NCBI GenBank assembly: GCA_963835005.1
Contig: CAWIEA010000009.1
Coordinates: 444,435 to 508,434, forward strand
Direction: 5' to 3'
DNA length: 64,000 nucleotides
From: an uncultured Acidimicrobiia bacterium
GTDB lineage: Bacteria; Actinomycetota; Acidimicrobiia; IMCC26256; JAENVU01
The notes under the pieces are model-generated. The model made no database searches. It saw only the letters and a list, made by a program, of their open reading frames with translations, and was not told where the DNA came from. Position 1 is the first letter of the stretch. The number at the start of each line of letters is the position of its first letter. The position numbers and the translations under genes were made by a program. Positions 9,504 to 18,666 of the stretch are shown piece after piece.

Positions 9504-10324
9504 ACGGAGCCGGAGCGGATCGGCCGCGTGTGTCGGTCAGCGCGATCTGCACGTACGACTGGTCGCTCGAGCAGGACCTCGCCTTCTACGCCGAGCACGA
9601 CATCGGGGCCGTCGGTGTCTCGCTGGCGAAGCTCGAGCGGCACGGGGTCGAGAACGGTGCCGCACACGTCCGCGACGCCGGGCTGGAGGTCACGAACCTC
9701 ATCGGGCTGGGGCCGTTCCACCTCGCCGCGCCCGAGCAGTGGGACGCGCAGCGCGCCAGGCTGCTCCGCGCGCTCGAAGCCGGCGCGACGGTCGGCGCCG
9801 AGTGCATGGTGTTGACCACGGGTCCGGCCGGAACGCTGAGCTGGGAGGACGCCGCCGACCGCCTCGCCGACGCGCTCGCGCCGGTGCTCGACGGTTCCCG
9901 CGCGGCAGGCATCCCGATCGCGTTGGAGCACACGAACTCGCTGCGTGTCGATGTCGGGTTCGTCCACACGCTGCATGACGCGATCGACCTCGCACGCCGG
10001 CTCGACATCGGCGTGTGCATGGAGATCAACGCGTGCTGGGCCGAGCGCGGCCTCGGTGCGACGATCGCCGGCGGCATCGACCGGATCCGGCTCGTGCAGG
10101 TCAGCGACTACGCGATCGGGACGCTCAGCACTCCGGCCCGGCTCGTGCCGGGCGACGGTGACATCCCGATCGAGCGCATCCTCGGCCAGGTGCGGGACGC
10201 GGGCTACCGGGGCTGCCTCGACCTCGAGCTCATCGGGCCGGCGATCGAGGCCGAGGGCTACGAGTGCGCGGTCCCGCGGGCGCTGGCGGCGGTCGAGGCG
10301 CTGCTCGACCCGCCGGTCAGCTGA
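9500..10324 (+). CDS. Sugar phosphate isomerase/epimerase (xylose-isomerase-like TIM barrel)
   Basis: ATGA overlap with the SDR stop. The 274-aa sequence is TIM-barrel-like (IALEHTN, LDLELIGP). Confidence 0.7.
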   Translation: MNGAGADRPRVSVSAICTYDWSLEQDLAFYAEHDIGAVGVSLAKLERHGVENGAAHVRDAGLEVTNLIGLGPFHLAAPEQWDAQRARLLRALEAGATVGAECMVLTTGPAGTLSWEDAADRLADALAPVLDGSRAAGIPIALEHTNSLRVDVGFVHTLHDAIDLARRLDIGVCMEINACWAERGLGATIAGGIDRIRLVQVSDYAIGTLSTPARLVPGDGDIPIERILGQVRDAGYRGCLDLELIGPAIEAEGYECAVPRALAAVEALLDPPVS

Positions 10325-12494
10325 TCGTCCTGGATGAGCCCGTAGGTCCCGAAGCACATCTCGTCCTCCGTGCCCTCGGCGAAGATGATGTACTTCGGCG
10401 GTCGGTTCGGCTCGCGGCTCCGATCCCAGCTGCACTCCATCCGCAGCGTCTCGCCCACGGTCACGTGGACCGGCTTCGCCAACCCGTAATTCATCTGCCA
10501 GTCGAAGTTCCAGTTCGGGATGTCGAGCAGCACCTTGGAGCTCGGGGTGTCGGGATCCAGCGTGTAGCGGAACGACTGGCCCAGCGTGTGCATGTGCCCG
10601 AGCACACCGACGATCAGACCGTCCGCGGGAACGCGGTAGTCGCAGCTCGTGTGCGCGACACCGTTGCTGTAGCGCGCGGCAAGCGCCTCCTTGGTCTGCC
10701 CGCACAGCCCGAGTAGGCCGGACTCCGTGGCGGCGCCGAACGGTCCGTACTGGCGCGCGGCGTCTCGGACGGCGGCGTCACGGTCGCAGAGCGGCGCCGT
10801 CTGGCCCGGTTCGCACGGGATCTCGACCGGTGCGATCGGGTTGACGATGTCGAGGTGCTTGACCGGCGCGGTCCCGGGGTCGAGCTGGAGCGCCACCGTG
10901 GTCCGGTCGGGCACCGGGGTGAAGTTGTAGTGGTAGTGCACCTGCAGCACGAGCGCGTCGCCGGGCTGCAGCAGGATCCCCGACTGCAGCGGGAAGATCA
11001 CCGGGTCCTGACCGGGGACCCAGCCGGCGACGAGACCGGCCTGACCGTTGAAGCCGTGCAGCCGCGGCCGCCGCGCCGTCTTGTCGCGCGCGAGCTCGGC
11101 AGGGTCGGACCCGAGTAGCAGCTCCACCCCGGCTTGCCGTCCTTGCCGGCGATCGCCTTGCTCGCCTCCACCTGCGACGAGTCGATCTGGAAGATCTGCG
11201 CGTGGTGGATCTCGGCCCGGTTGCCCGGCGTCACCTCGTAGCCGGTCATGAACGTGGGCTTCGTGATGTGCGGGTCGAGCACGAAGCAGCGGTAGTCGTT
11301 CGGGACGCTCAGCGAGCCCGTGTACCCCTGCGGCATCTTCATCGTGACGTCGTGACGCGGGCCCGCGCCCTCGGGGCCCCGCCGCGTCTCCAGCGGCGTC
11401 GAACGGTCCTCGTCGAGCGGCCCACCTGCCCGCGACCAGGCGAGGATCGCGTTCATCGACTTGTCGTCGAGACGCTTCGAGTCCGCGAGCGGCACCCCGA
11501 CGTCCGAGGCCGGCCACGGCGGCATGTACCGCCCCCGGACGACGGTGCCGATGCCGTCGGCGATGTCCTGCGCGTCGCCGGCGTTCTTCACCGTCCAGTG
11601 CGAGGCGCCGACCTGGCCGGCTTCGTGGCACGAGACGCAGTGGGTCTCGAGGATCGGCTGGACGACCTTGCTGAACGAAGGGCTGTCGTCGCTGCGCGGC
11701 GCCGAAGCAGGCGCCTTGATCGCGGTCGGAACCGCGAAGCGGGCGGGATCGACCGCGGTGAGGTTCATCGTGAGGGCAACGTCGTCCGACGTGCTCACGA
11801 GCCCGGCGGTCGAGATCGGCCCGATCCCGAAGGTCGACATCTTCACGTCCGCCTTTGCGGAAGCGTGCAGCTTGCCGTCGCGCAGTGACGCGGTCACGTC
11901 CCACACCACGGCTGCGGGCGTGTCGCGCACCGTCAGCTGGCTCGGCATCTTGAAGTGGTAGTCGCGGCCCGGCTCGATCTGTGCGGGCATGCCGCTCAGA
12001 TCGCCGGCCGTCAGGTACGCGAGCGGGTGGTCGTGCGAATCGAGGTTGCCCTGGCGCAGCTGCGCGTCCCGCAGGTTGTTGTCCGAGTGGAGCTGCTCGA
12101 CGTTGACGACGATCTCACCGACCCGGCTCTTCGGCGGGTTGGTCGCGTTGATCGCGAGGTCGCCGGAGATCCCGTTCGTGGAGCCGATCGCGCGGTTGGC
12201 GTCCTGGCCGAACAGCTTCTCGTCCACCGCGTAGGTGAGGCGCGACGCGGTGGGGTCGATGCGGTACACGGTCTCGCCGGACTCCGCGACGAGCGGGCTC
12301 GACCTCGGCACGGTGTAGTCGACGACCTGGTACTCGGCCGACGTGAGCGTCCGGTACCGGCGCCACGTGTAGTAGCCGGCGCCGGCCACCACCACGAGGA
12401 CGGCGGCCATCGTCCACCACAGCCACCGCAGCCGACGGCGACGCGAAGGTTGCTCGACGGGTGCAACTTCTTCGGGCGTGACCGACGACGTCAT
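10258..12494 (-). pseudogene. Membrane-anchored YceI-like + c-type haem (CXXCH) + PHM/DBH-like copper monooxygenase fusion, frame broken near 11112
   Basis: The start MTSSV at 12494 is followed by a TM helix and a YceI-like domain. HCVSCHE lies at 11625-11639. Copper monooxygenase motifs follow: IHHAQIF, LQVHYHY, GHMHTLG and EMCFGT. The two halves are in ORFs 10998..12956 and 10258..11904. Confidence 0.7.
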
Positions 12495-12599
12495 CGCGAC
12501 CCAACCTCTCGCGGCACCATCCGGTCCCCCCGGTCGCCATCGGAACTGCCTCAGGCTATCGACACCCATGCGCCGGGGACCAGCCATAGGCTCCTGCCG

Positions 12600-13007
12600 A
12601 TGCTGCGTGATCGCCGCCTGCTGAGTCCGATCGCCGCGCTCGTCGTGATCGCGGGGCTGCTCACCGCCTGCGGCGGAGCATCGGACGGACGGCCGACCAC
12701 GCACGCCACCATCCGGTTCGTGAGCCCCGAACCGAACGCGGTGAGCGGCAGCGATGTCACGGTGCGCGTCCACCTGGGGGGCGCCCGGATCGTTCCGTCG
12801 ACCCAGGTCGGAGGGAAGCCGCGCGCGGACCGTGGCCACATCCACGTCTCGCTCGACGGCCAGCTCGTCGCCATGGCGTACGGCGACGACCAGGTCCTGC
12901 CGAACGTCACTCCCGGCCGGCACACCCTGCAGGCCGAGTTCGTCGCCAGCGACCATCTGCCGTTCGCGAACCGGGTCATCGCGGCCGTGACCTTCACCGT
13001 CCGATGA
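12600..13007 (+). CDS. Putative lipoprotein (possibly DUF4399-like)
   Basis: It has a LLTAC lipobox and is about 135 aa. The segment DRGHIHVSLDG...GRHTLQAEF is present. The family assignment is low confidence. Confidence 0.55.
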   Translation: MLRDRRLLSPIAALVVIAGLLTACGGASDGRPTTHATIRFVSPEPNAVSGSDVTVRVHLGGARIVPSTQVGGKPRADRGHIHVSLDGQLVAMAYGDDQVLPNVTPGRHTLQAEFVASDHLPFANRVIAAVTFTVR

Positions 13008-13582
13008 CCGTGGTCACGCGCACCGCGACCCCGGTGCGCAGCGTCCGCGCCACAACCGTGGTCACGCTGGTGATCGGCACCGGTCTGCTGGCGGCACGGC
13101 CCGCCCTCGTCGCGGGCTCGGACCGACCGGACCTCGTGCTGACCGCGCTGTTCATCGCCGTGCTGCTCGGCGGCGCACTGCTCCCGCTCCCGATCGCGAC
13201 GACCCGCGCGCCCAGAGCGGTCCGCGCCCTTGCGCTCTGCGTCGGCGTCGCCGGGTTCGCCGCCGGCCGCCTGGCCGTGGGCGGCTCGCCGCCGTTCGCA
13301 CCGACCGTCCTGATCGTCGTGGCGAACACGCTGGCTGCCGTCGCCGAGGAGGCGTGGTTCCGGCGACTCTGCTTCGGGCTGCTGGCGCCCGGCGGGACGG
13401 TCTTCGCGGTCGTCGGCTCGGCGGTGCTGTTCGCGCTGGTGCACGTCGCGATCTACGGACCCTGGGTCCTCCCGCTGGATCTCGCGGCAGGGCTGATCCT
13501 CGGTTGGCAGCGCGCGGTCACCGGCTCGTGGCACGTCCCCGCGCTCACGCACGCGCTCGCGAACCTGCTGGTCGTGATCTGA
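13004..13582 (+). CDS. CPBP family intramembrane glutamic endopeptidase (CAAX protease-like)
   Basis: ATGA overlap with the upstream gene. It has the EEAWFR and FALVH motifs and is polytopic. Confidence 0.8.
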   Translation: MTVVTRTATPVRSVRATTVVTLVIGTGLLAARPALVAGSDRPDLVLTALFIAVLLGGALLPLPIATTRAPRAVRALALCVGVAGFAAGRLAVGGSPPFAPTVLIVVANTLAAVAEEAWFRRLCFGLLAPGGTVFAVVGSAVLFALVHVAIYGPWVLPLDLAAGLILGWQRAVTGSWHVPALTHALANLLVVI

Positions 13583-13583
13583 C

Positions 13584-14336
13584 GTGCGGCGCCGGACGGT
13601 CGGGATCGGGCTCGCGCTCGTCGCGATCTATGCGGTCGTCCTCGCGGCCACCCTCGCCGGGCACGACGGTGTGCGACCGCTGTACGACGGCTTCGCGCCA
13701 CCGGCCCGCTACCGCTTCGTCGACCCACCGCCGTTCTTCGCCGCCGGGAACGAGACGCCGGACGGAGCGACGGCGACGGTGGCGCTGCACCGGAGCGGGT
13801 CCGCGCCCGTCAGCCTGTCGACCGGAGATGGTCAGGTGTCGCTCAACCTCGCCCCCGGCGCGATTCCCGCGCACGGGTCCGATCGCCACGTGCGGATCTC
13901 GATCACCCCCGAGCCCTCCAAGGGGTTCGGGGCGCTCCCCGGCGGTTTGCGGGCGAACGGGAACGTCTACCGCATCGGCCTGCGCGCCGAGCCCTCCGGG
14001 ACCCGGATCACGGAGGTGACCCGGCCGGGGACGCTCCTCGTGGCGTTGCCCGAGGTGGGTCAGTCGTTCCTCCGGTCGGCGTCGGGACAGGTGTGGTCCC
14101 CCGTCGACGCCAGCACGGTTCCTCCCCGCAATCTGAGCGTCACCACCCCGTTCGCGCGAGCCGGGCTCTACGTCTCCGGCACGCACCTCCCGCTCCTGTC
14201 CGCCCCACCGGGCGAAGGATCGTCGTCGCCGCCCGTCGCGGCGCTCGTCGGAGCCGGGGTCGGGATCGTCGCGCTCGGGCTCGTGATCTGGGCGATCGTC
14301 CGACGCCGCCGGCGGCGACGACCCACCGCGGCCTGA
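13584..14336 (+). CDS. Hypothetical bitopic membrane protein
   Basis: The GTG start lies 1 nt after the CPBP stop. It has an N-terminal TM helix, a roughly 190-aa soluble region, a C-terminal TM helix and an RRRRRR tail. I recognise no family. Confidence 0.5.
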   Translation: MRRRTVGIGLALVAIYAVVLAATLAGHDGVRPLYDGFAPPARYRFVDPPPFFAAGNETPDGATATVALHRSGSAPVSLSTGDGQVSLNLAPGAIPAHGSDRHVRISITPEPSKGFGALPGGLRANGNVYRIGLRAEPSGTRITEVTRPGTLLVALPEVGQSFLRSASGQVWSPVDASTVPPRNLSVTTPFARAGLYVSGTHLPLLSAPPGEGSSSPPVAALVGAGVGIVALGLVIWAIVRRRRRRRPTAA

Positions 14337-14414
14337 CCCCGCACGGCCCGGTCACCGCACCGGTCCGAGGACGATCACGGGAACCACGCACCGTTCGGCG
14401 ACGACCAATCTCTC

Positions 14415-14915
14415 GTGCATCGCGATTCCACGAGCGCTCTCGCGGGCTCTGGTCCTGGGGGTCGGGACCGCGACCCGGCCCCGACGAGGAGCCGGCGACT
14501 CGCCCGCGGCTCTCGGCGCGGACTGCGACGACCCTCCGGTGGAAGGGTCGTTCGCATCGTCGCCACGGTCTGCCTCGGCGTCGTGATCGCCGCCGCGTGC
14601 TCCTCCGGCTCCGGGTCGTCGTCCACCGCTTCCGCGCCGGAGCCGACCGGTGCCGCCGCGAACGATCCGCGTGTCGTGAGCGGTCGGTCCGTCTACACCG
14701 CGAACTGCGCCCGGTGTCATGGCGTCGACGGTGGGGGCGGTGTCGGTCCGAGCTTCCAGGATGGCGTGCTGCTCCGGAAGTTCGCGACGGTCGAAGACCA
14801 GATCAAGTTCGTCGGTCAGGGCCGCGGGATCATGCCTGCCTTCGGCGGCTCGCTGTCCAAGGCGAAGATCGACGCGGTCGTTCGGTACGAGCGCGAGGTC
14901 CTCTCCCGGCGATGA
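14415..14915 (+). CDS. Class I c-type cytochrome, probable lipoprotein
   Basis: It has a VIAAAC lipobox-like site, the CARCHG haem motif and a distal Met in GIMPAF. The exact start is uncertain. Confidence 0.8.
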   Translation: MHRDSTSALAGSGPGGRDRDPAPTRSRRLARGSRRGLRRPSGGRVVRIVATVCLGVVIAAACSSGSGSSSTASAPEPTGAAANDPRVVSGRSVYTANCARCHGVDGGGGVGPSFQDGVLLRKFATVEDQIKFVGQGRGIMPAFGGSLSKAKIDAVVRYEREVLSRR

Positions 14916-14949
14916 GCGTCGGGCACCGGACTGAGCGGTCGCGCGGTGG

Positions 14950-16020
14950 TCAGGCGAGCCAGGTCACCGGGCCGAGGTGGAAGCCGCACGTCGCGAGCCG
15001 CCGGCCGCCCCGAGCGGTGTCGGTGCCGGGCCAGGTCGTGAGCTTGAGCTCCGCGGGGAAGTAGGTCTCGGGCGTGGGCTCGAGCCGGAGGTAGGCGAGG
15101 GGCGCGTCGTCGGTCGCGCGGCCGCCGGCCTCGTCGAGCGTCGCGAGCACGAGCTCGCGCGTCGCGTCGGGCAGGTACTGCCACACGACCGAGTGGAACA
15201 CGACCGTCGCGACTCCAGGCTGCGCGTGCGCGAGCTGGCGCGGCAGCCACTCCTCGATCGTCGCCCGGGCGATGTCGACCGGTGTGACCGCGGCGACCTC
15301 GAGCGCGGCGCGGATGACCCGGAGGCGTTCGGCCTGATCGGGCCAGACATACGACAGAAGCGTGAGGGCCTCGTCCGGGTCGGAAGCGTCGATCGGGTCG
15401 CGGTCGCACCCGGCGCGCGACGCGATGACGCCGGGCACGTCGAGGGGCGGCGTGGCATCGGCCCAGAAGTCGACGAAGCGGACCGCCGAACCGGGATCGC
15501 CGAAGCCCTCCCCGCCCTGCTCGTACCAGTAGTGGTCGGCCCGGAGGTTGAGGCCCGCGCTCGCACCGAGCTCGAGGATGCGCAGCGGGAGCCCGGTCTG
15601 AGCGGCGACGGTGAGGAAGCCGGGGACCAGCGCAGCCGAGCGCCCGACCTCGTTGGTCTGCGGGGGCCGGGTGAGCGCGTCCAGCAGCTCGGGTGGGCGG
15701 CGGGCCATGAGCGCGTGCAGGTGCGGCCAGGCCGCGACCGCGTTGCCGTCGCCACCGACCGACGGGTAGTGCGAGACGAGCTCGGGGGCACGGCCGGCGA
15801 GGACCATGCGGTGCACGCCGCCGAGCAGTCGCAGCAGCACCGCGTCGCCCGTCGGCGCGTTGGCCTGCGGCGCGAGCAGGTCCCAGGCGGGACCGCCGGT
15901 CTCGACGTCGTCGGCGATGCGGCGCTCGAACTCGCCGTACATCGGCGAGCCGACCTCCTCGAGCCCCACCGACTCGACGCGGAACCACTCCGCGAGCGCG
16001 CTGCGGTCGGCCTGGGTCAT
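14950..16020 (-). CDS. DUF2332 family protein
   Basis: The start MTQADRS forms an ATGA overlap with the upstream SDR stop. It is 356 aa, and the overall sequence pattern fits DUF2332. Confidence 0.55.
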   Translation of the reverse strand: MTQADRSALAEWFRVESVGLEEVGSPMYGEFERRIADDVETGGPAWDLLAPQANAPTGDAVLLRLLGGVHRMVLAGRAPELVSHYPSVGGDGNAVAAWPHLHALMARRPPELLDALTRPPQTNEVGRSAALVPGFLTVAAQTGLPLRILELGASAGLNLRADHYWYEQGGEGFGDPGSAVRFVDFWADATPPLDVPGVIASRAGCDRDPIDASDPDEALTLLSYVWPDQAERLRVIRAALEVAAVTPVDIARATIEEWLPRQLAHAQPGVATVVFHSVVWQYLPDATRELVLATLDEAGGRATDDAPLAYLRLEPTPETYFPAELKLTTWPGTDTARGGRRLATCGFHLGPVTWLA

Positions 16021-16811
16021 GCCCACATGAACGCGCCACCGTCGGCCATGAAGGTGTGGCCGGTGAGGTAGCGACACGCGTCCGAGCAGAGGAACCACGC
16101 GAGCGGACCGATGTCGAGCTCGGGGTCGCCCTGGCGTCCCATCGGGCAGCTGTCCACGAAGATCCGGTAGCCCTCGCTCTGCTTGGCGGCATCGCCGTGA
16201 TGGTCGGCGGCCGCGGGCGCGATGCAGTTCACGACGACACCGTCGGGCGCCCACTCGCGTGCCGCGGTGCGGGTGAGCGCGCGCACCGCCTCCTTCGACG
16301 CGTTGTACGCCGCGAAGCCGGTGCCGCCGGTGATGCCCATCGACGAGGCGAAGTTGACGATGCGGCCCCAGCCCTGGTCGCGCATGTGCGGGTACACCGC
16401 CTGCATCGACCAGAGGGTGCCCTTGACCCCCGAGTCGTAGAAGACGTCGATGTCACCCTCGACGACGTCGGCGACGGGGGAGAGGGGCCGGAACGTCTGC
16501 GCGTTGTTGATCAGCCCGTCGACGCGCCCGAAGCGCTCCACCGTCGCCGCGACCATGCCGTCGATCTCGGCCTTGTCCATCACATTGCACGGGACGCCGA
16601 GCGCCTCGACCCCCAGCCCCTGGAGCTCGGCGACGGTGTCGGCCATCAGGTCGGGCTTCCACTCGGCGACGACGACGCGCGCGCCGCCCTTGCCGAGGTG
16701 AACGGCCATGCCCTTGCCCACGCCCCGGCCGCTGCCGGTGACGATGATCACCTTCCCGGCGACCGAGTGCATGGCCACCGCGTCCGTCGTGCCGTCTCCG
16801 CCGGGGCTCAT
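16017..16811 (-). CDS. SDR family oxidoreductase
   Basis: It has the TGSGRGVGK, NNAQ and YNASK motifs. Confidence 0.85.
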   Translation of the reverse strand: MSPGGDGTTDAVAMHSVAGKVIIVTGSGRGVGKGMAVHLGKGGARVVVAEWKPDLMADTVAELQGLGVEALGVPCNVMDKAEIDGMVAATVERFGRVDGLINNAQTFRPLSPVADVVEGDIDVFYDSGVKGTLWSMQAVYPHMRDQGWGRIVNFASSMGITGGTGFAAYNASKEAVRALTRTAAREWAPDGVVVNCIAPAAADHHGDAAKQSEGYRIFVDSCPMGRQGDPELDIGPLAWFLCSDACRYLTGHTFMADGGAFMWA

Positions 16812-16837
16812 CGGACGGTCACGCTACCGTCCCTCCC

Positions 16838-17611
16838 GTGACCACGGATCTGAGCGGACGGGTGGTGCTCGTCACCGGGGCGGCGAGCGGGATCGGGCAG
16901 GCCACGGCGGTCGAGGTGGCGGACGCGGGGGGCTCGGTGCTCGCGCTGGACCGGGCCGCCGACGGGCTCGCGGTCACGGGCGACCGCGTGCGCGCGGCCG
17001 GCGGAGCGATCGAGGTCTCGCTCGGCGACGTCGGCGACGACGACGCAGTCGGCGCGGCCGTCGAACGGGCCGTCGGCGCGTTCGGGCGCCTCGACGGGGT
17101 CGTCACCTGCGCGGGCATCTTCGCGCCCGACGACCTGCTGCCGCTCGAGGACGTCACCTTCGACACGTTCATGAACGTCCTGCGGGTCAACCTCGCGGGC
17201 ACCTTCCTCGCGGTGAAGCACGCGATGCCACACCTCCGCCGGGCCGCGGACACGCCGACGAGCAGCGTCGTCACGATCGCGTCGACCGCGGCGCTGCGCG
17301 GCCACGGGTTCGGAGCGGGCTACACCGCGAGCAAGGGCGGGGTCGCCGCGTTCACCCGGCTCGCCGCGGTCCAGGGCGGTCCGAAGGGCGTCCGCGCCAA
17401 CTGCATCTGCCCCGGCGCGGTCGACACGCCCATGGCCGGCGGCGCCTGGGACGGCCCCGAGGCGGAGGCCCGCATGCGGAAGGCCATCCCGCTCGGCAAG
17501 GTCGCGCAGCCCGAGGAGGTCGGGAGCGTCGCCGCGTTCCTGCTCTCCGACGACGCCCGCCACGTGACCGGCCAGGTCATCGCGGTCGACGGCGGCTCCA
17601 CCGCCCTGTGA
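16838..17611 (+). CDS. SDR family oxidoreductase
   Basis: It has the TGAASGIGQ motif and the YTASK catalytic motif. It is divergent from the previous SDR gene. Confidence 0.85.
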   Translation: MTTDLSGRVVLVTGAASGIGQATAVEVADAGGSVLALDRAADGLAVTGDRVRAAGGAIEVSLGDVGDDDAVGAAVERAVGAFGRLDGVVTCAGIFAPDDLLPLEDVTFDTFMNVLRVNLAGTFLAVKHAMPHLRRAADTPTSSVVTIASTAALRGHGFGAGYTASKGGVAAFTRLAAVQGGPKGVRANCICPGAVDTPMAGGAWDGPEAEARMRKAIPLGKVAQPEEVGSVAAFLLSDDARHVTGQVIAVDGGSTAL

Positions 17612-17633
17612 CCGACGCAAGGCCCGGCCCCGA

Positions 17634-17720
17634 GAGCGAAGCGGGAGCCACGAACGCCGTCGGCCGCGCGGCCAGCGGAGCGGGGCCCACGCGGCCCGGC
17701 CCGGAGGGTCGAGAGCGGGA
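17634..17720 (+). repeat. Intercistronic repeat element, copy A (SDR to LLM gap)
   Basis: GAGCGAAGCGG...AGCGGAGCGGGGCCCACGCGGCCCGGCCCGGAGGGTCGAGAGCGGGA ends directly at ATG 17721. It aligns over its full length with copy B at 32704-32793. Confidence 0.85.
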
Positions 17721-18602
17721 ATGTTGGTTCGGGCTGTTCCTCCCCCAGCTGAGAATGTCGTTCGCCACGATCCTCGAACGCACGCTCGCGGCCGAGGCCG
17801 CCGGCTTCGACTCGGTGTGGCTGATGGACCACCTCGCGGCACCGGCCCTCCCCGAGACCGACACGCTCGAGGGCTGGACGCTCGCGTCGGCACTCGCGGT
17901 GCGGACGTCGAGCATCCGGATCGGCCACCTCGTGACCTGCGATCCGTTCCGGCACCCCGCGGTGCTGGCGAAGATGGCCGCCACCGTCGACGTCCTCTCC
18001 GACGGCCGCCTCGAGCTCGGGCTCGGGTGGGGATCGGTCGAGCGCGAGCTCGAGACCTTCGGGTTCGGGAACGCGTGCCGCCGCCGCGGGCGAGGCGGAT
18101 GCGGGAGACGATCGAGATCCTCGATCTGATGTTCACGGGGGAGCCGTTCGACCACGACGGCGAGCACACGCTCCGCGGCGCGATCGGTCGTCCCCGCCCG
18201 GTGCAGCAGCCGCGCCCGCCACTGCACATCGGCGGGGCCGGGCCCAAGCTCACGATGCCGATGGTGCGCGACCACGCGGACTGGTGGAACTGCCCGACCT
18301 ACGCGGTCGACCGGCTGGACGAGCTGCGGCCGCTCGCCGGCGACGCGCGCGTCTCGGTGCAGCACCCGATCGGCCTCGCACCGAACGACGGGAGGCGCGA
18401 CGAGACGGTCGCGCTCGCCGAGCGGCGGTTCGGCCCCTGGGGCGGGCTCGTCGCGGGCACGGGCACCGAAGTCGCGGACGCGCTCGCGGCCGAGGCCGCG
18501 TCCGTCGTCGAGGGCTTCGTGATCCAGCTCACCGACTTCGGCGAACCCGAGACCATCGCCCGCTTCATGGCCGACGTCGCTCCGACCGTCCGCTCCGCCT
18601 GA
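17721..18602 (+). pseudogene. LLM class (luciferase-like) flavin/F420-dependent oxidoreductase, frame broken near 17724 and 18075
   Basis: WFGLFLPQ...FDSVWLMDHL is in the frame of ORF 16708..18129. The C-terminal half (MRETIEILDLMFTGEPFDHDG...) is in ORF 17721..18602. ATG 17721 is one base out of frame with the N-terminal half. Confidence 0.8.
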
Positions 18603-18609
18603 CCACGCC

Positions 18610-18660
18610 CGCTTTGGCGTCACGTACCCGGGATAATTCCGGGTGGGCGACGCCAAAGCG
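18610..18660. terminator. Long hairpin between convergent genes (bidirectional terminator candidate)
   Basis: CGCTTTGGCGTC (18610-18621) pairs with GACGCCAAAGCG (18649-18660). An inner ACCCGG/CCGGGT stem encloses an AT-rich loop, GGATAATTCC. There is no U-tract. Confidence 0.5.
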
Positions 18661-18666
18661 TGTGGG

